Program-made: the position numbers and the translations under genes | Part shown: piece after piece, positions 9,265 to 19,425 of the stretch | Layout: every line of letters starts with the position of its first letter | Numbering within the stretch: the first letter of the stretch is position 1 | The notes under the pieces: generated by a model | Told to the model about the DNA's origin: nothing | The model's input: only the letters and a program-made list of their open reading frames with translations | The model's database searches: none | DNA from: Candidatus Pacearchaeota archaeon | Lineage (GTDB): Archaea; Nanobdellota; Nanobdellia; Pacearchaeales; GW2011-AR1 | Assembly (NCBI GenBank): GCA_050302495.1 | Contig: JBNLBP010000001.1 | Coordinates: 191,269-255,268 of the forward strand | Reading direction: 5' to 3' | DNA: 64,000 nt

Positions 9265-9465
9265 ATGATGAGGCGACTTAAGACTATACTTTTTGTAATT
9301 TATTTGTTATTGGCTATTTATCTTTTTAATAAGGCTTTTAGCTTTGTGCCTATATCAGAATTTTTGCTTAAAATAGAAAATTGGCTTTTCTTTTTTGCAG
9401 GTATTTTTTTGATTATCGGAGGAATAAATCTTTTGAAGAATAGGAGACGTTCTCATATAATCTAA
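9265..9465 (+). CDS. small membrane protein
   Basis: 66 aa with two hydrophobic segments. Immediately upstream of the 617-aa and giant-protein genes. Confidence 0.35.
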   Translation: MMRRLKTILFVIYLLLAIYLFNKAFSFVPISEFLLKIENWLFFFAGIFLIIGGINLLKNRRRSHII

Positions 9466-9499
9466 TAAAGTTTATATACGTATTTTTCATTATTTTGCT

Positions 9500-11353
9500 A
9501 TGCTATTAAGAGGTGTAAAGAAGGGGCAAGTTACTATTTTTATTATCATTGCAATAGTTATTGTTGCTGCCGTTGGAATTTTCTTTTTATTGAGGAGTCA
9601 GACTAGTATTTCTAGGATTCCTTCTGAGTTTGCACCAACTTACGAAAGCTTTACTTTTTGTCTAGATAGCAAGGTTGAATCAGGGGTTAAGGCTTTGGAA
9701 TCTCAAGGAGGCTACATTGATTTGCCTGAGTTTGTTTCTGGTTCAGAGTATATGCCTTTCTCTTCTCAACTTAATTTATTAGGTAATCCTATTCCTTATT
9801 GGTATTATGTGTCTGGAAATAACATTGAGAAGGAACAGGTTCCAAGTAGGCAAGATATGGAAAATGATTTGAGCGGTTTTATTGAATCCAAAGTTGTTGA
9901 TTGTATCCCTGAAGACTTGGATGAAGGTTTTGAGATTACTGTGGGAGATCCTTTGGTCCGGACTAGCATTAAACCAGGAGAAGTCCAGGTCAATGTTAGA
10001 ATGGATTTTACAATTAGTAAAGATGATGAGTCAGTGAGTATTAATAATCATCAATTGATCTTTGATTCAGAGTTAGGAAGGTTGTATTCTAATGCAATTA
10101 TTGCTTACGAGGCTGAACAAGATGAGTTGTTTTTAGAGAATTATGGTGTTGATGTTTTGAGATTATATGCTCCTGTTGATGGAGTTGATTTTACTTGTAG
10201 CCCTAAGGTTTGGAGTGCTGATGAAATATTTGAGGATCTATCTGTCGCAATACAAGAAAACACACTTTCTATTAAATCTCAGGGTAACTCTGAAGATTAT
10301 TTTGTGGTAGATTCTTTGAATTCAAGAATTTCTGATGGGTTTTATGTGAAATTCCTTAATTCAGAAAGTTGGTCAAGTAGTTTTGAAGTAAATCCTTCTG
10401 ATGGTCCTATTTTAATTGCAAATGCAATTGGAAATCAGCAAGGTTTGGGGGTTTTAGGATTCTGTTATGTTCCATATCATTTTGTGTACAATGTTAATTA
10501 CCCTGTTTTGGTTCAGGTTTATAGTGAAAATACAGATGAGTTCTTCCAGTTTCCTGTTGCTGTAGTCTTAAGGGGTAATAAAGCTAGGGAGGCTGTTGCT
10601 TCTTCTGGTGCTTCAACTTATGAGGGCCCCAATATATGTGAAAATAAAAATACTGGTCTGAGAGTAAGGACTATTGATTCTAACTCGAATCTTGTTAATT
10701 CAGAGATTTATTTTGAGTGCTTTGGGGATAGTTGTAAAATAGGAGATAGTGAAAATGGTATCTTAGAAGATGCTTTCCCTCAGTGCGTTAATGGATATAT
10801 AATTGCAAAGGCTGAAGGTTTTGAGGATACTAGTGTCCAGATAACTAACATTGGTCCTGGGAACTTTGATATTATCATGAATAAACTTTATGATACAGAA
10901 GTTCTTTTGAATTTGGATGCGATTGCTTATAATGGAGAAGCTACAATTACTTTTGAAAGAGAGGGTTTCTCTCAAACATTGGTTTATCCAACTCAAAAAG
11001 AGATTAGTTTGAGTGAAGGGTCTTACAATATCAGTGTTTATATTTATAGAAATGCTTCTTTGAGTTTAGGATCAAGTGTTCAACAGTATTGTATTGACGT
11101 TCCTAGGGCGATAGGAGGTTCTTTGGGTTTGACTAAAGAAGAATGTTTTGATGTAGAAGTTCCTGAACAAATTATTTCTAATGCTCTTTCCGGAGGAGGA
11201 GAAGTTAATTATTATGTTTCTGAAAATCAATTAAGTAGTGCAAGTCAGATTGTTGTGGGTGCAACTAGCCTTCCAGAGCCAAATTCACTTAATCAACTTC
11301 AGCAAAACTATGTTTTATTTGATAGTAAAAGTTTGGAGGTTTTACTTAGATGA
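9500..11353 (+). CDS. membrane-anchored extracellular protein, hypothetical
   Basis: N-terminal TM/signal anchor (TIFIIIAIVIVAAVGIFFLL) followed by about 580 aa of S/N/G-rich non-hydrophobic sequence. Its stop overlaps the giant-protein ATG (ATGA, 11350-11353), suggesting translational coupling. Confidence 0.6.
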   Translation: MLLRGVKKGQVTIFIIIAIVIVAAVGIFFLLRSQTSISRIPSEFAPTYESFTFCLDSKVESGVKALESQGGYIDLPEFVSGSEYMPFSSQLNLLGNPIPYWYYVSGNNIEKEQVPSRQDMENDLSGFIESKVVDCIPEDLDEGFEITVGDPLVRTSIKPGEVQVNVRMDFTISKDDESVSINNHQLIFDSELGRLYSNAIIAYEAEQDELFLENYGVDVLRLYAPVDGVDFTCSPKVWSADEIFEDLSVAIQENTLSIKSQGNSEDYFVVDSLNSRISDGFYVKFLNSESWSSSFEVNPSDGPILIANAIGNQQGLGVLGFCYVPYHFVYNVNYPVLVQVYSENTDEFFQFPVAVVLRGNKAREAVASSGASTYEGPNICENKNTGLRVRTIDSNSNLVNSEIYFECFGDSCKIGDSENGILEDAFPQCVNGYIIAKAEGFEDTSVQITNIGPGNFDIIMNKLYDTEVLLNLDAIAYNGEATITFEREGFSQTLVYPTQKEISLSEGSYNISVYIYRNASLSLGSSVQQYCIDVPRAIGGSLGLTKEECFDVEVPEQIISNALSGGGEVNYYVSENQLSSASQIVVGATSLPEPNSLNQLQQNYVLFDSKSLEVLLR

Positions 11354-14300
11354 TTAAGAATAAGTTTTTTGTTGTAGGTATTTTTGTTTTGATATTGGGG
11401 ACTCTTCTTTTGGGAGGGATAGAGGCTTATAGCGTTTCTACTCCTAGTTATTCTTTGTATAACAATGCTGGAGGTGTTGGGGGAAGTTTTGCAAGTTTTA
11501 CTCAGCAAGGTTTTGATAGCGAATTATGTTCTGCTGGAACAGATTTTCTTTTACAAATACAACCTTTTGAATGTGAGCCTGCAGTTGTGAGGAGTGATCT
11601 TCTTGAAGAACAAGATGTTACTGTTTTGTGTAAAATTGGAGCTACACAAATAAATCCTTTGATTGATGTTCAAGCTATAAACACTCTAAACATTGTTGGG
11701 GAGTATCCTAGAGAAATAAAGAGTATTGGTTATTTCCCTTCCCAGTCTGCTTTGGGTTATTATGATTTTGATGAAACTCTTACTGATCCTGCTTTGAATA
11801 ATTTGGGTTATGTTGCTATAACCCTTAGACAAAACCCTAATGAAAGTTCTATGCCTGATTTTGTTTCTGGAAATCTAACAGCCAAGATTAATTATGATGT
11901 TAAGAATGCATTTGGCGTTGGTCAGGCTGAATTTTATCTTCCTGTTTTGAATGATGAGGATTATTTTAACAATATAAATCAGTATAGTTTTTGGGAAGGT
12001 AGAGGGTACCTTAGGGCTGATAGTGTTGGCACGGATGATGCCAGTATATCTCTTTATTCTGATGTTTCTTCTGGATCTGCTAGTTTTGGAAACTCTGGAA
12101 AGCAAAGAGTTACTCAAGTTAGATTGAATGGAGGTGAAACTTCTGGTTCGATTTATATTCCTGGTTTTAGCCCTTGTTTGGCTTCAATGAAGTTGAAACT
12201 TAATGGTGTTGAAGATCCAGATACTAGAGCAGAGTTGTTGATTAATACAGATCATGTTGAAATTAATGATAATGGTGATTTCTTAGAAAGTAAGTGTACT
12301 GTAACAGATTTGGACAAGAATGGTTTGAATCAGAAAGTTAGTATTAGGTGTAAGGAAGATGATGGCAGTTCTAGTTTTAATTTATTTTTGTCCCCTAGAG
12401 TGAGAATCTCTATTGATGGAATTGCTAAAGATTATTCTGTTGGAGATTATCTTTATTCTAACAATGGAAGAGGTGTTTATTTGGGTTATATTAGTTCTAA
12501 GGGTGGATCAACAGATGTTGAAAATTTATATGCCGTTTTGGTTTCTTTACCTGAAGAGAAAACTAAGTTAACAGAGGATGAAATTTCAAGTATTGCAATA
12601 CAAATGAATCTGTTGTTTTCGGATACTGAAGGTTCAGGAGCAGCGGTTTTTGATATTGGGGCCGAAATTCTAAAGAAATTCTCAGGGGCTTCAGTTACTC
12701 TTGCCAAATGGACTGTTAGCGGACAAAATATACAAAAAGTTGATTTTAAGACAAATGTTGTTTCCCCTCAATATGATTTTGAAGGAGAAAAAGTTTCCTT
12801 AAGTGGTTTTTCTGAAGGAGAAGATAATGGGGTTGTTGAGGTTGTTCCGGAATCTTATGATTTACAGAAAGCTAATTTAGATGTTGGAGGGATTTTGCCT
12901 AAACAAGTTTACAAAGTTTACAAGGATGGAGAAGATACAGGTTATTATTTTACTGCTAGTGAGAGTGGATCTCCTAAATTTATTTTGAGAAAGAACACTG
13001 TGACGGAGATTTTAGGTGTGGGAGAATTTTATGGAAAGGATTGTTCTTTACATCAGTCTTGTTCTGAGTATATTTTATCAAAGGTAGATAACAGCGTTTC
13101 AGGAGACTTTTTTGAAGGAGTTGTTTCAGGAAGTGTTTTAGTTAATGAGAATAAACTTGTTTTAAACAAACTTGTATTTAATTCAAATTCAAACGAGTTG
13201 TATAAACAATATTATGATAAAGCTATAACTGATTTTGAAACTGTTTTGAATAGTTTTGGAGGGTTAAGTATTGATGGGGCAGATGATACTTATGGTGAGA
13301 GAGCTTTGTATCAGGCTATTAATCTTTCTAAAAGGATCAATCAAAATAAGGCTTTGAAACAACTTTGTCAAGAATTTATTGAGAGCTATCCTGATTCAAT
13401 TAAACCTTTAGATATGTGTGAAGATGACTATTCTTTATCTAACTCGGGTATTTCTAATAGAGATGTTTTAGTTAACGGAGAGATAAAAACAATTTCCTTT
13501 GAAGGTATAAAAGAGCCTACTTACCAAGAATACGGTGCAGAAGTTTTGATAAGAAGTTCGGACGGTAAGATCCAGACTTATCAATTAAGAAAGGATAAAG
13601 TTGTATATTTGAATTTAAAAGATAATGCTTCTGGTTCAGAATATATTAAACTAGATTCGGTGGATGAAGATTCTGCAAGGGTTACGGTTTATGTTTCTGG
13701 AGAAAATCTTGCAAATCAATTATTTTCTTTGAATAGCTATACTTTTGATATTGATGAAACAAGAGGTATTGGAGGAGGGTATAGTTTAACCCTTACTGAT
13801 ACTAACATAGAAAAGGTTGCAAGGGTTTCAGTGGTTCCAAGTTTTAATTATCAGAATTCTGAATCTGAATTTGGATTTAATATTGGCATAGAGAAACGTT
13901 CAATACAACTTTCTGACGAACAGATTGAGAATAGGGTTGATAGTTTAAGTAATGCAATTTCTGATCTTGAAAAGGCTTCAAATGCTCTCAATACGTTTAA
14001 TGAAGCTAGTGCTAAGGTTTGTTTAGCAACAGGAGCTGTTTTAACTGCTAAGAATTTCTTGGCTAACTCGGATGGTAAATCTATAGCGAGACAGAAGGTC
14101 ATGCGTAGTTCTGGAGGGTGGAATGATTTTTGTGCTAGTGAAGTAAGTAAAGGGAATTATATTTCTCTAGATGATTGTTTCCTTGAGAATTCTGATGAGA
14201 TAGATTCTCAAGTTGATGAAGTTTTCAATACAATACAAACTCAGAATGAAAGAATAAAACAACTTGAAGCTGATTCTTTGCAAACAGGAACTTTAACAAA

Positions 14301-17300
14301 TAAGGTTGTTGATCAACAGGAATTTATGAAGGATTATTCTCAGATTGGATCTGATTCTTTAGTGGGCTTGGGTAATACTTTCGTCGATCCTACTGGTAAA
14401 AATGAACCTCTTGAGATTGATGAAATTAAGAATTTGTTAAGTTACCAGGGTTGGGAAAGTGGTATCTATAGCATAGATGATCTTAAAGATATAGAGCTTT
14501 ATGCAACTTTAGTTAAGAGTACAAATGATGCTGAGAGCAAGAAGTCTTACAGCCAAACACTTTACTCTTTGCTTTATGACGTTCAAAATAACGCAGGGAA
14601 TTTTGTAGAAAGAACTTCTTTCTTTGACAAGTATTCTCTAGAGGGTCACCAGGGAGGATTTATTTCTTCAGATGATAAGATAAAGAGAATTCAGGTTTCT
14701 GATTTAAAGACTTGGGCAGATGTTGAAAGTTCATATCCTGGAGGGATGAGTGTTGTTTTACTTCCAAATTCGATTATCTTCCCTGGAAACCCTGCAGATT
14801 ATCTTATTGCGGATAATGAATTGGTTTATCCGGTTGTTGATATAGCTACTAATAGGGAATATCTTTTGGTTTTGAATGATGATTATATTGTTACTAGAAC
14901 ATTCCAGTTAAATCCTTTGAATGGTCAGTTGGTTATGGTTAATGATAAAGTAAACCCTCTGAGTTTAGCTTTTGATAAATATGATGAAGGTTCATATGAG
15001 AATAGTTATAAGAATCCAGAAGTAAGGTATTATGAGGAAGACCCTTACAAAGGTTATCCTGCGATTGTTCCTTTAGATACAAATGATGGTTGGTATGCTG
15101 CAACTAAACCTAAGCTTCCTGTTGGAAGTCAGATTACTGCTTATGATGCTTCAGGTAGATTGAATAGTTTCTGGTTATGTAACGTTGGATCTAATGGTTT
15201 GGAAGAATTTTCTAGTTCTGGTTTAGGAGATGATATTTGCCAACAAATTAATGTGGGGGTTCCTGGAACTGTTTATAATCAATTTGCTGGATTGAGTGAA
15301 AGTAAAACTACAAGGCTTGTAACTGATGCTGTTGATTCGATTGAGAAGGCTCAGAGAGCTTATAAGAATGGAGTTAATTCTGTTAGAATCAACGGTCAGA
15401 ATTACAAAGTTGGAGAACCTGCGGTAGAAACTCCCGCAGTTCAGTGTCAAGATTTCATGTCTCCTAAAGAATGTAATTTATTGTTTAATGTTTGTGATCC
15501 TGTTGTTTGTCCTAGCTCAAGATGTGATTTTGGAGGGGCTTACCCTGTTAAGGATGTTGTTCAGACAGGAATAGTTGGAAGTATTGCTCTCTGTGCACCA
15601 AATTATAAAGAGGGGATAAAGGTTCCGGTTTGTACAACAGGTGTTCAAGCTGGTTTGGATTCATGGATAAGTGTCCAGGAATCATATAGGGATTGTTTGC
15701 AGGAAAATTTGGAGAGTGGAGAAACTATTGGTGTTTGTGACGAGATACATAGTGTTTATGCTTGTGAATTCTTTTGGAGACAATCAATACCTTTGGCTAA
15801 AGTAGCTGTTCCAAAATTAATTGGATTAATTTCAGGAGAGAACACCCGTGGTGGAGGAGAATATCTGGGATTACAGAGTGCATGGGATAATGCAAAAGAT
15901 TCTTTAGACTACTTTAAACAATATTATGCTTCTGAATCTTATAATGCTTTCAAAGTTAGAAGTGTTGATGAAGCTGGAACTGCGGTTTGTAAAAGTTATG
16001 TATCTACGGTTTACCCTTCTAGTGCTGAATTATTAGATAGTTTAACTACTCCACGTTCGCCTCCGCAATTTACAGGAAGCTTTGATGAGATTCCATTTAC
16101 TACCGCAACAAATCCTCCCACCTCACAGTATAAGGTTTATTACCACATTTATTCTGGACAAGATTCTGGAGCTTATTACAGAGTTTATCTTAAGGGTGGA
16201 AGTGGGAGTTTCTATCAAGATAGCGCGCTTAATAGAGTAGTTGATTCCGGTTACGTTTCAGTAGGAGATTATGCTTCAGATACAGTTGACTTTACTGCAC
16301 CTTCAGGATATACCCAATTATGTATTGTTGTAAATAATCAGGAAGAGTGTGGTTTCGGAAAAGTGTCAACTTCTTTTGCAGTTAATTATGTTAATGATTT
16401 GTATTTGCAGGAACAAACTACTTCGGGGGTTACAACAGAAGAAGAATGTGTTTCTGGAAGTGCTAGTTTGTATAGCTTATTGAATCCTAACCTTCAAGAT
16501 GTGGCTGAAGGTTTAATCAACCCTGAGCTGTACCAAAAAGGTATTACAAGAGTTTGTGCTACAAACAGCCCTGGTATTGGAACGGATGCTAAGGATGGGA
16601 CTGAAAATGCAAGATGGAGAAAAGTGGGTTACTGTACAGATACAAACGTTGGTTGTTGGCTAGATACTGATTCCGTTAAAGATGCTATTAAATCCTTAGA
16701 TGTTGAGAATTCTGTTTTAAATGACACCGCTCAGAGTTATCTTGATGATTTGGTAAATTCTGGAGATTATGTTAACAATCAGAATTATAGTCAGACTTTA
16801 AGAGACGTTAAGAAAGAATCTGATTCTTCTAAGAAGATAGAAATAATAAATAATATTTTGGATAAGGTATTCTTTAGTAATCAAAAAGCTGAACTTTATT
16901 TCTTGAGAGGTTTGGCTTATGGAGATCTTTCTGGTTTGGAATTTGGTAAGATTGAACAAATAAAAACAAATAGTGTGGACCTTGGAACAATTGTTGATGA
17001 CCAAGGAAACGTTTGCATCTTGCCTCAAGTTCCTAGTGATATTTCTTCAATTGATGATGCTCGGCAAAGAGTATTGAAAGCTGCAGAAAAATTAGATGGG
17101 GGTTTGGCTTTCTCTGGAGATTATGCGTGCTATAGTGCTGCTGTTTATGTATACCAATATGCAGGGGTTTCTGCTGTTCCTTCTTATGCAGATAAATCTG
17201 GGGCCACCTATACCTTAAAGGATTCAAATTCAAAAGTTACAATTGGCGTAGATAAAACTTCTCAAGGAAGTGTTATTTTCCAAGTTGGAACAGGTTATAA

Positions 17301-19425
17301 TAAGATCGGAGAAGATAACTATGATACTAAACTAGCATCTCTTCAACCTGGAGACCAGTTGGATATTGTTTGGGCCTCTAAATTGCCTCACTCGGTTATA
17401 TTTATTTCTTGGATTAATCCTGCCACAAATGAAGAAACTACTTCTGTTACTGGATATGCTAGAATCTTTGATTGGAATGGTGCAGATTTGAAGATCGATG
17501 AGAAAGATGAAAATGGGCTTGTTTGTGGAGAAGATAATAAGTATGTTAGAACTCTTAATAAGGGTAAAGTTAATGAGGAACAATATTGTAATACTTACAG
17601 ATACACGAATTTGTATTTAACTTCTGATGTTCATCCTGTTTATCTATATAGATCTCCTCAATTAAGTGGCACAACTATTTCTACGGGTACTGGTGGTACG
17701 GGAGTTAGTAGTGTTTTAGCCAAGTTTTCTTCAGGATATTCTTCTCCTGATATTGAATTCCAAGATGGAACTAGTTATAGAAATGTTCACTATAAGTTCC
17801 AAGAGGGAGGTTGGTATTGGTTTAATCCCAAAGATAATTTTTGGTATTCTGTTAGCGATAGTATTGAAGGTAAGGCAGTTTCATTGGAGGTGAATAGACA
17901 AATAATTACTTCTCTTCAAGAACGTAATGGCAACTACATAGAGGGTCTTGGAGTTATTATAAATAATGTTCTTAGTTTCAGTGGGGGTGTTTTGTTTGGT
18001 AGAATTAATTTCATTAGTTCTAGTCCGGATTTGAAAACAGAGAATGTTAATTTGAATAGTGAAGGTATCTTTAAGGTAGATCTTTCTTTTAATGAACAGC
18101 CTTATTACTTTAGATTTAAAGAAGGTGTATGGGAATTTAATCCTACTAGGGGTATTGATCCACGTTATTGGTTTGATGTTTCGGACGTTTCATTTAATAA
18201 AGCTGCTAGTCAGGTTTTGGTTTCAGGTGAAGCTAAGGTTGTAGGTTCAATTCCTTCAGATCCAATACAATCTGTTACCGTGAGCCTTGTTGATAAGACT
18301 TATTTTGAGGGGGCTGCCCTGCTTTATGATTTGTCGGATAATTCAATAATTGAGTCTACACAGGATGTTGATTCTCAAAAATTGGATTCTTGGGAGAGTG
18401 AGAATTTAGGAAGCACCGATTTGGGCAGGTTTACTTCAAAACAAATTTCAATACTTTATGATGCTCCTAGTTGCGTTTATTGTGAGAGTTATCCTGATGA
18501 TTGTGATAGTAATTTATGTGCAGTTATTGGTAAAAAATTAGGCGCTTCTTGTCAGTATTATGCAAAGGGTGCAGATATAAGTGATACTCCTATATACAAT
18601 TGTCGTGCAGGAGAAGGGTACACAGATAGAGAATTAAGATCAATATATGAAGCAACTCAGTGTAATGATTGTGGGTCTGGTTTGGGTAACTTCTGTGGTG
18701 AGACTGAATGCTTAGATATTGGGGAAAGAATTGGTAAGACTTGTGAATATGGGTTCTTGAGTTGTAAAGAAGCACAACCTGCTCAAGACGACACTTCTGA
18801 TATTCCGAATTGGAATACTCTTTCTGCTGAACAAAGGGACGTTTATTCTAGTGCAACACAGTGTAGTGATTGTATAACAAGTATAAGTTCTACAAGTGGC
18901 ACTTCTAATTATTGCGATGCTAATCTTTGCGCATCAATTGGTTACAAATTAGGCAAGAATTGTGTTCAGGAACCAGGCTTGACTAAAACTTGTATTGAGG
19001 GAATTGGTTTAGATAATCTTGATCAACAGTTAGTTGATGCTCTTTATAGAGGTCTGGATGACAATAATAGGGCTGAGATAATGTCCTTGATTGAACAAGG
19101 AGCTGATATCAATGTTAAAGATGATGATGGATGGACTCCTTTGATTTATGCATCTCGTCTTGGACATCTTGACCTTGTAAAATATCTTGTTGAAAATGGT
19201 GCAGATGTTAGTGTTAAAGATGGTATAGAAGGTTGGACCGCTCTTATACATGCCTCTATTAAGGGAGATGTTGACATTGTAAAATATCTTGTTGAAAATG
19301 GTGCAGAGGTTAATACCCAAAGTGATTCTGGAGAAACAGCGTTAGATCGAGCTGTTCAACTTAATAATGTTGATGTTGTTAGTTATTTGCAATCTAAAGG
19401 TGCTAAATCTGGGAGTGAACTTTAG
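11350..19425 (+). CDS. giant (2691 aa) secreted/surface protein with C-terminal Cys-rich modules and ankyrin repeats
   Basis: Uninterrupted 8.1-kb ORF. N-terminal hydrophobic signal/anchor (FVVGIFVLILGTLLLGG). Several Cys-rich blocks, e.g. around 15450-15800 and 18468-19010. The last about 125 aa are 3-4 ankyrin repeats (DGWTPLIYASRLGHLDLVKYLVENGADV; GWTALIHASIKGDVDIVKYLVENGAEV; GETALDRAVQLNNVDVVSYL). Confidence 0.8.
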   Translation: MIKNKFFVVGIFVLILGTLLLGGIEAYSVSTPSYSLYNNAGGVGGSFASFTQQGFDSELCSAGTDFLLQIQPFECEPAVVRSDLLEEQDVTVLCKIGATQINPLIDVQAINTLNIVGEYPREIKSIGYFPSQSALGYYDFDETLTDPALNNLGYVAITLRQNPNESSMPDFVSGNLTAKINYDVKNAFGVGQAEFYLPVLNDEDYFNNINQYSFWEGRGYLRADSVGTDDASISLYSDVSSGSASFGNSGKQRVTQVRLNGGETSGSIYIPGFSPCLASMKLKLNGVEDPDTRAELLINTDHVEINDNGDFLESKCTVTDLDKNGLNQKVSIRCKEDDGSSSFNLFLSPRVRISIDGIAKDYSVGDYLYSNNGRGVYLGYISSKGGSTDVENLYAVLVSLPEEKTKLTEDEISSIAIQMNLLFSDTEGSGAAVFDIGAEILKKFSGASVTLAKWTVSGQNIQKVDFKTNVVSPQYDFEGEKVSLSGFSEGEDNGVVEVVPESYDLQKANLDVGGILPKQVYKVYKDGEDTGYYFTASESGSPKFILRKNTVTEILGVGEFYGKDCSLHQSCSEYILSKVDNSVSGDFFEGVVSGSVLVNENKLVLNKLVFNSNSNELYKQYYDKAITDFETVLNSFGGLSIDGADDTYGERALYQAINLSKRINQNKALKQLCQEFIESYPDSIKPLDMCEDDYSLSNSGISNRDVLVNGEIKTISFEGIKEPTYQEYGAEVLIRSSDGKIQTYQLRKDKVVYLNLKDNASGSEYIKLDSVDEDSARVTVYVSGENLANQLFSLNSYTFDIDETRGIGGGYSLTLTDTNIEKVARVSVVPSFNYQNSESEFGFNIGIEKRSIQLSDEQIENRVDSLSNAISDLEKASNALNTFNEASAKVCLATGAVLTAKNFLANSDGKSIARQKVMRSSGGWNDFCASEVSKGNYISLDDCFLENSDEIDSQVDEVFNTIQTQNERIKQLEADSLQTGTLTNKVVDQQEFMKDYSQIGSDSLVGLGNTFVDPTGKNEPLEIDEIKNLLSYQGWESGIYSIDDLKDIELYATLVKSTNDAESKKSYSQTLYSLLYDVQNNAGNFVERTSFFDKYSLEGHQGGFISSDDKIKRIQVSDLKTWADVESSYPGGMSVVLLPNSIIFPGNPADYLIADNELVYPVVDIATNREYLLVLNDDYIVTRTFQLNPLNGQLVMVNDKVNPLSLAFDKYDEGSYENSYKNPEVRYYEEDPYKGYPAIVPLDTNDGWYAATKPKLPVGSQITAYDASGRLNSFWLCNVGSNGLEEFSSSGLGDDICQQINVGVPGTVYNQFAGLSESKTTRLVTDAVDSIEKAQRAYKNGVNSVRINGQNYKVGEPAVETPAVQCQDFMSPKECNLLFNVCDPVVCPSSRCDFGGAYPVKDVVQTGIVGSIALCAPNYKEGIKVPVCTTGVQAGLDSWISVQESYRDCLQENLESGETIGVCDEIHSVYACEFFWRQSIPLAKVAVPKLIGLISGENTRGGGEYLGLQSAWDNAKDSLDYFKQYYASESYNAFKVRSVDEAGTAVCKSYVSTVYPSSAELLDSLTTPRSPPQFTGSFDEIPFTTATNPPTSQYKVYYHIYSGQDSGAYYRVYLKGGSGSFYQDSALNRVVDSGYVSVGDYASDTVDFTAPSGYTQLCIVVNNQEECGFGKVSTSFAVNYVNDLYLQEQTTSGVTTEEECVSGSASLYSLLNPNLQDVAEGLINPELYQKGITRVCATNSPGIGTDAKDGTENARWRKVGYCTDTNVGCWLDTDSVKDAIKSLDVENSVLNDTAQSYLDDLVNSGDYVNNQNYSQTLRDVKKESDSSKKIEIINNILDKVFFSNQKAELYFLRGLAYGDLSGLEFGKIEQIKTNSVDLGTIVDDQGNVCILPQVPSDISSIDDARQRVLKAAEKLDGGLAFSGDYACYSAAVYVYQYAGVSAVPSYADKSGATYTLKDSNSKVTIGVDKTSQGSVIFQVGTGYNKIGEDNYDTKLASLQPGDQLDIVWASKLPHSVIFISWINPATNEETTSVTGYARIFDWNGADLKIDEKDENGLVCGEDNKYVRTLNKGKVNEEQYCNTYRYTNLYLTSDVHPVYLYRSPQLSGTTISTGTGGTGVSSVLAKFSSGYSSPDIEFQDGTSYRNVHYKFQEGGWYWFNPKDNFWYSVSDSIEGKAVSLEVNRQIITSLQERNGNYIEGLGVIINNVLSFSGGVLFGRINFISSSPDLKTENVNLNSEGIFKVDLSFNEQPYYFRFKEGVWEFNPTRGIDPRYWFDVSDVSFNKAASQVLVSGEAKVVGSIPSDPIQSVTVSLVDKTYFEGAALLYDLSDNSIIESTQDVDSQKLDSWESENLGSTDLGRFTSKQISILYDAPSCVYCESYPDDCDSNLCAVIGKKLGASCQYYAKGADISDTPIYNCRAGEGYTDRELRSIYEATQCNDCGSGLGNFCGETECLDIGERIGKTCEYGFLSCKEAQPAQDDTSDIPNWNTLSAEQRDVYSSATQCSDCITSISSTSGTSNYCDANLCASIGYKLGKNCVQEPGLTKTCIEGIGLDNLDQQLVDALYRGLDDNNRAEIMSLIEQGADINVKDDDGWTPLIYASRLGHLDLVKYLVENGADVSVKDGIEGWTALIHASIKGDVDIVKYLVENGAEVNTQSDSGETALDRAVQLNNVDVVSYLQSKGAKSGSEL
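18468..19010 (+). repeat. three tandem Cys-rich modules within the giant protein (coding repeat)
   Basis: Modules SCVYCESYPDDCDSNLCAVIGKKLGASC / ATQCNDCGSGLGNFCGETECLDIGERIGKTC / ATQCSDCIT...NYCDANLCASIGYKLGKNC share the pattern ATQC-DC...C..LC..IG..LGK.C. Confidence 0.5.
19030..19422 (+). other. ankyrin-repeat region (C-terminus of giant protein)
   Basis: Repeated 33-aa units with the consensus G-TPL--A---GH-D-VK-L---GA-VN. Confidence 0.7.
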
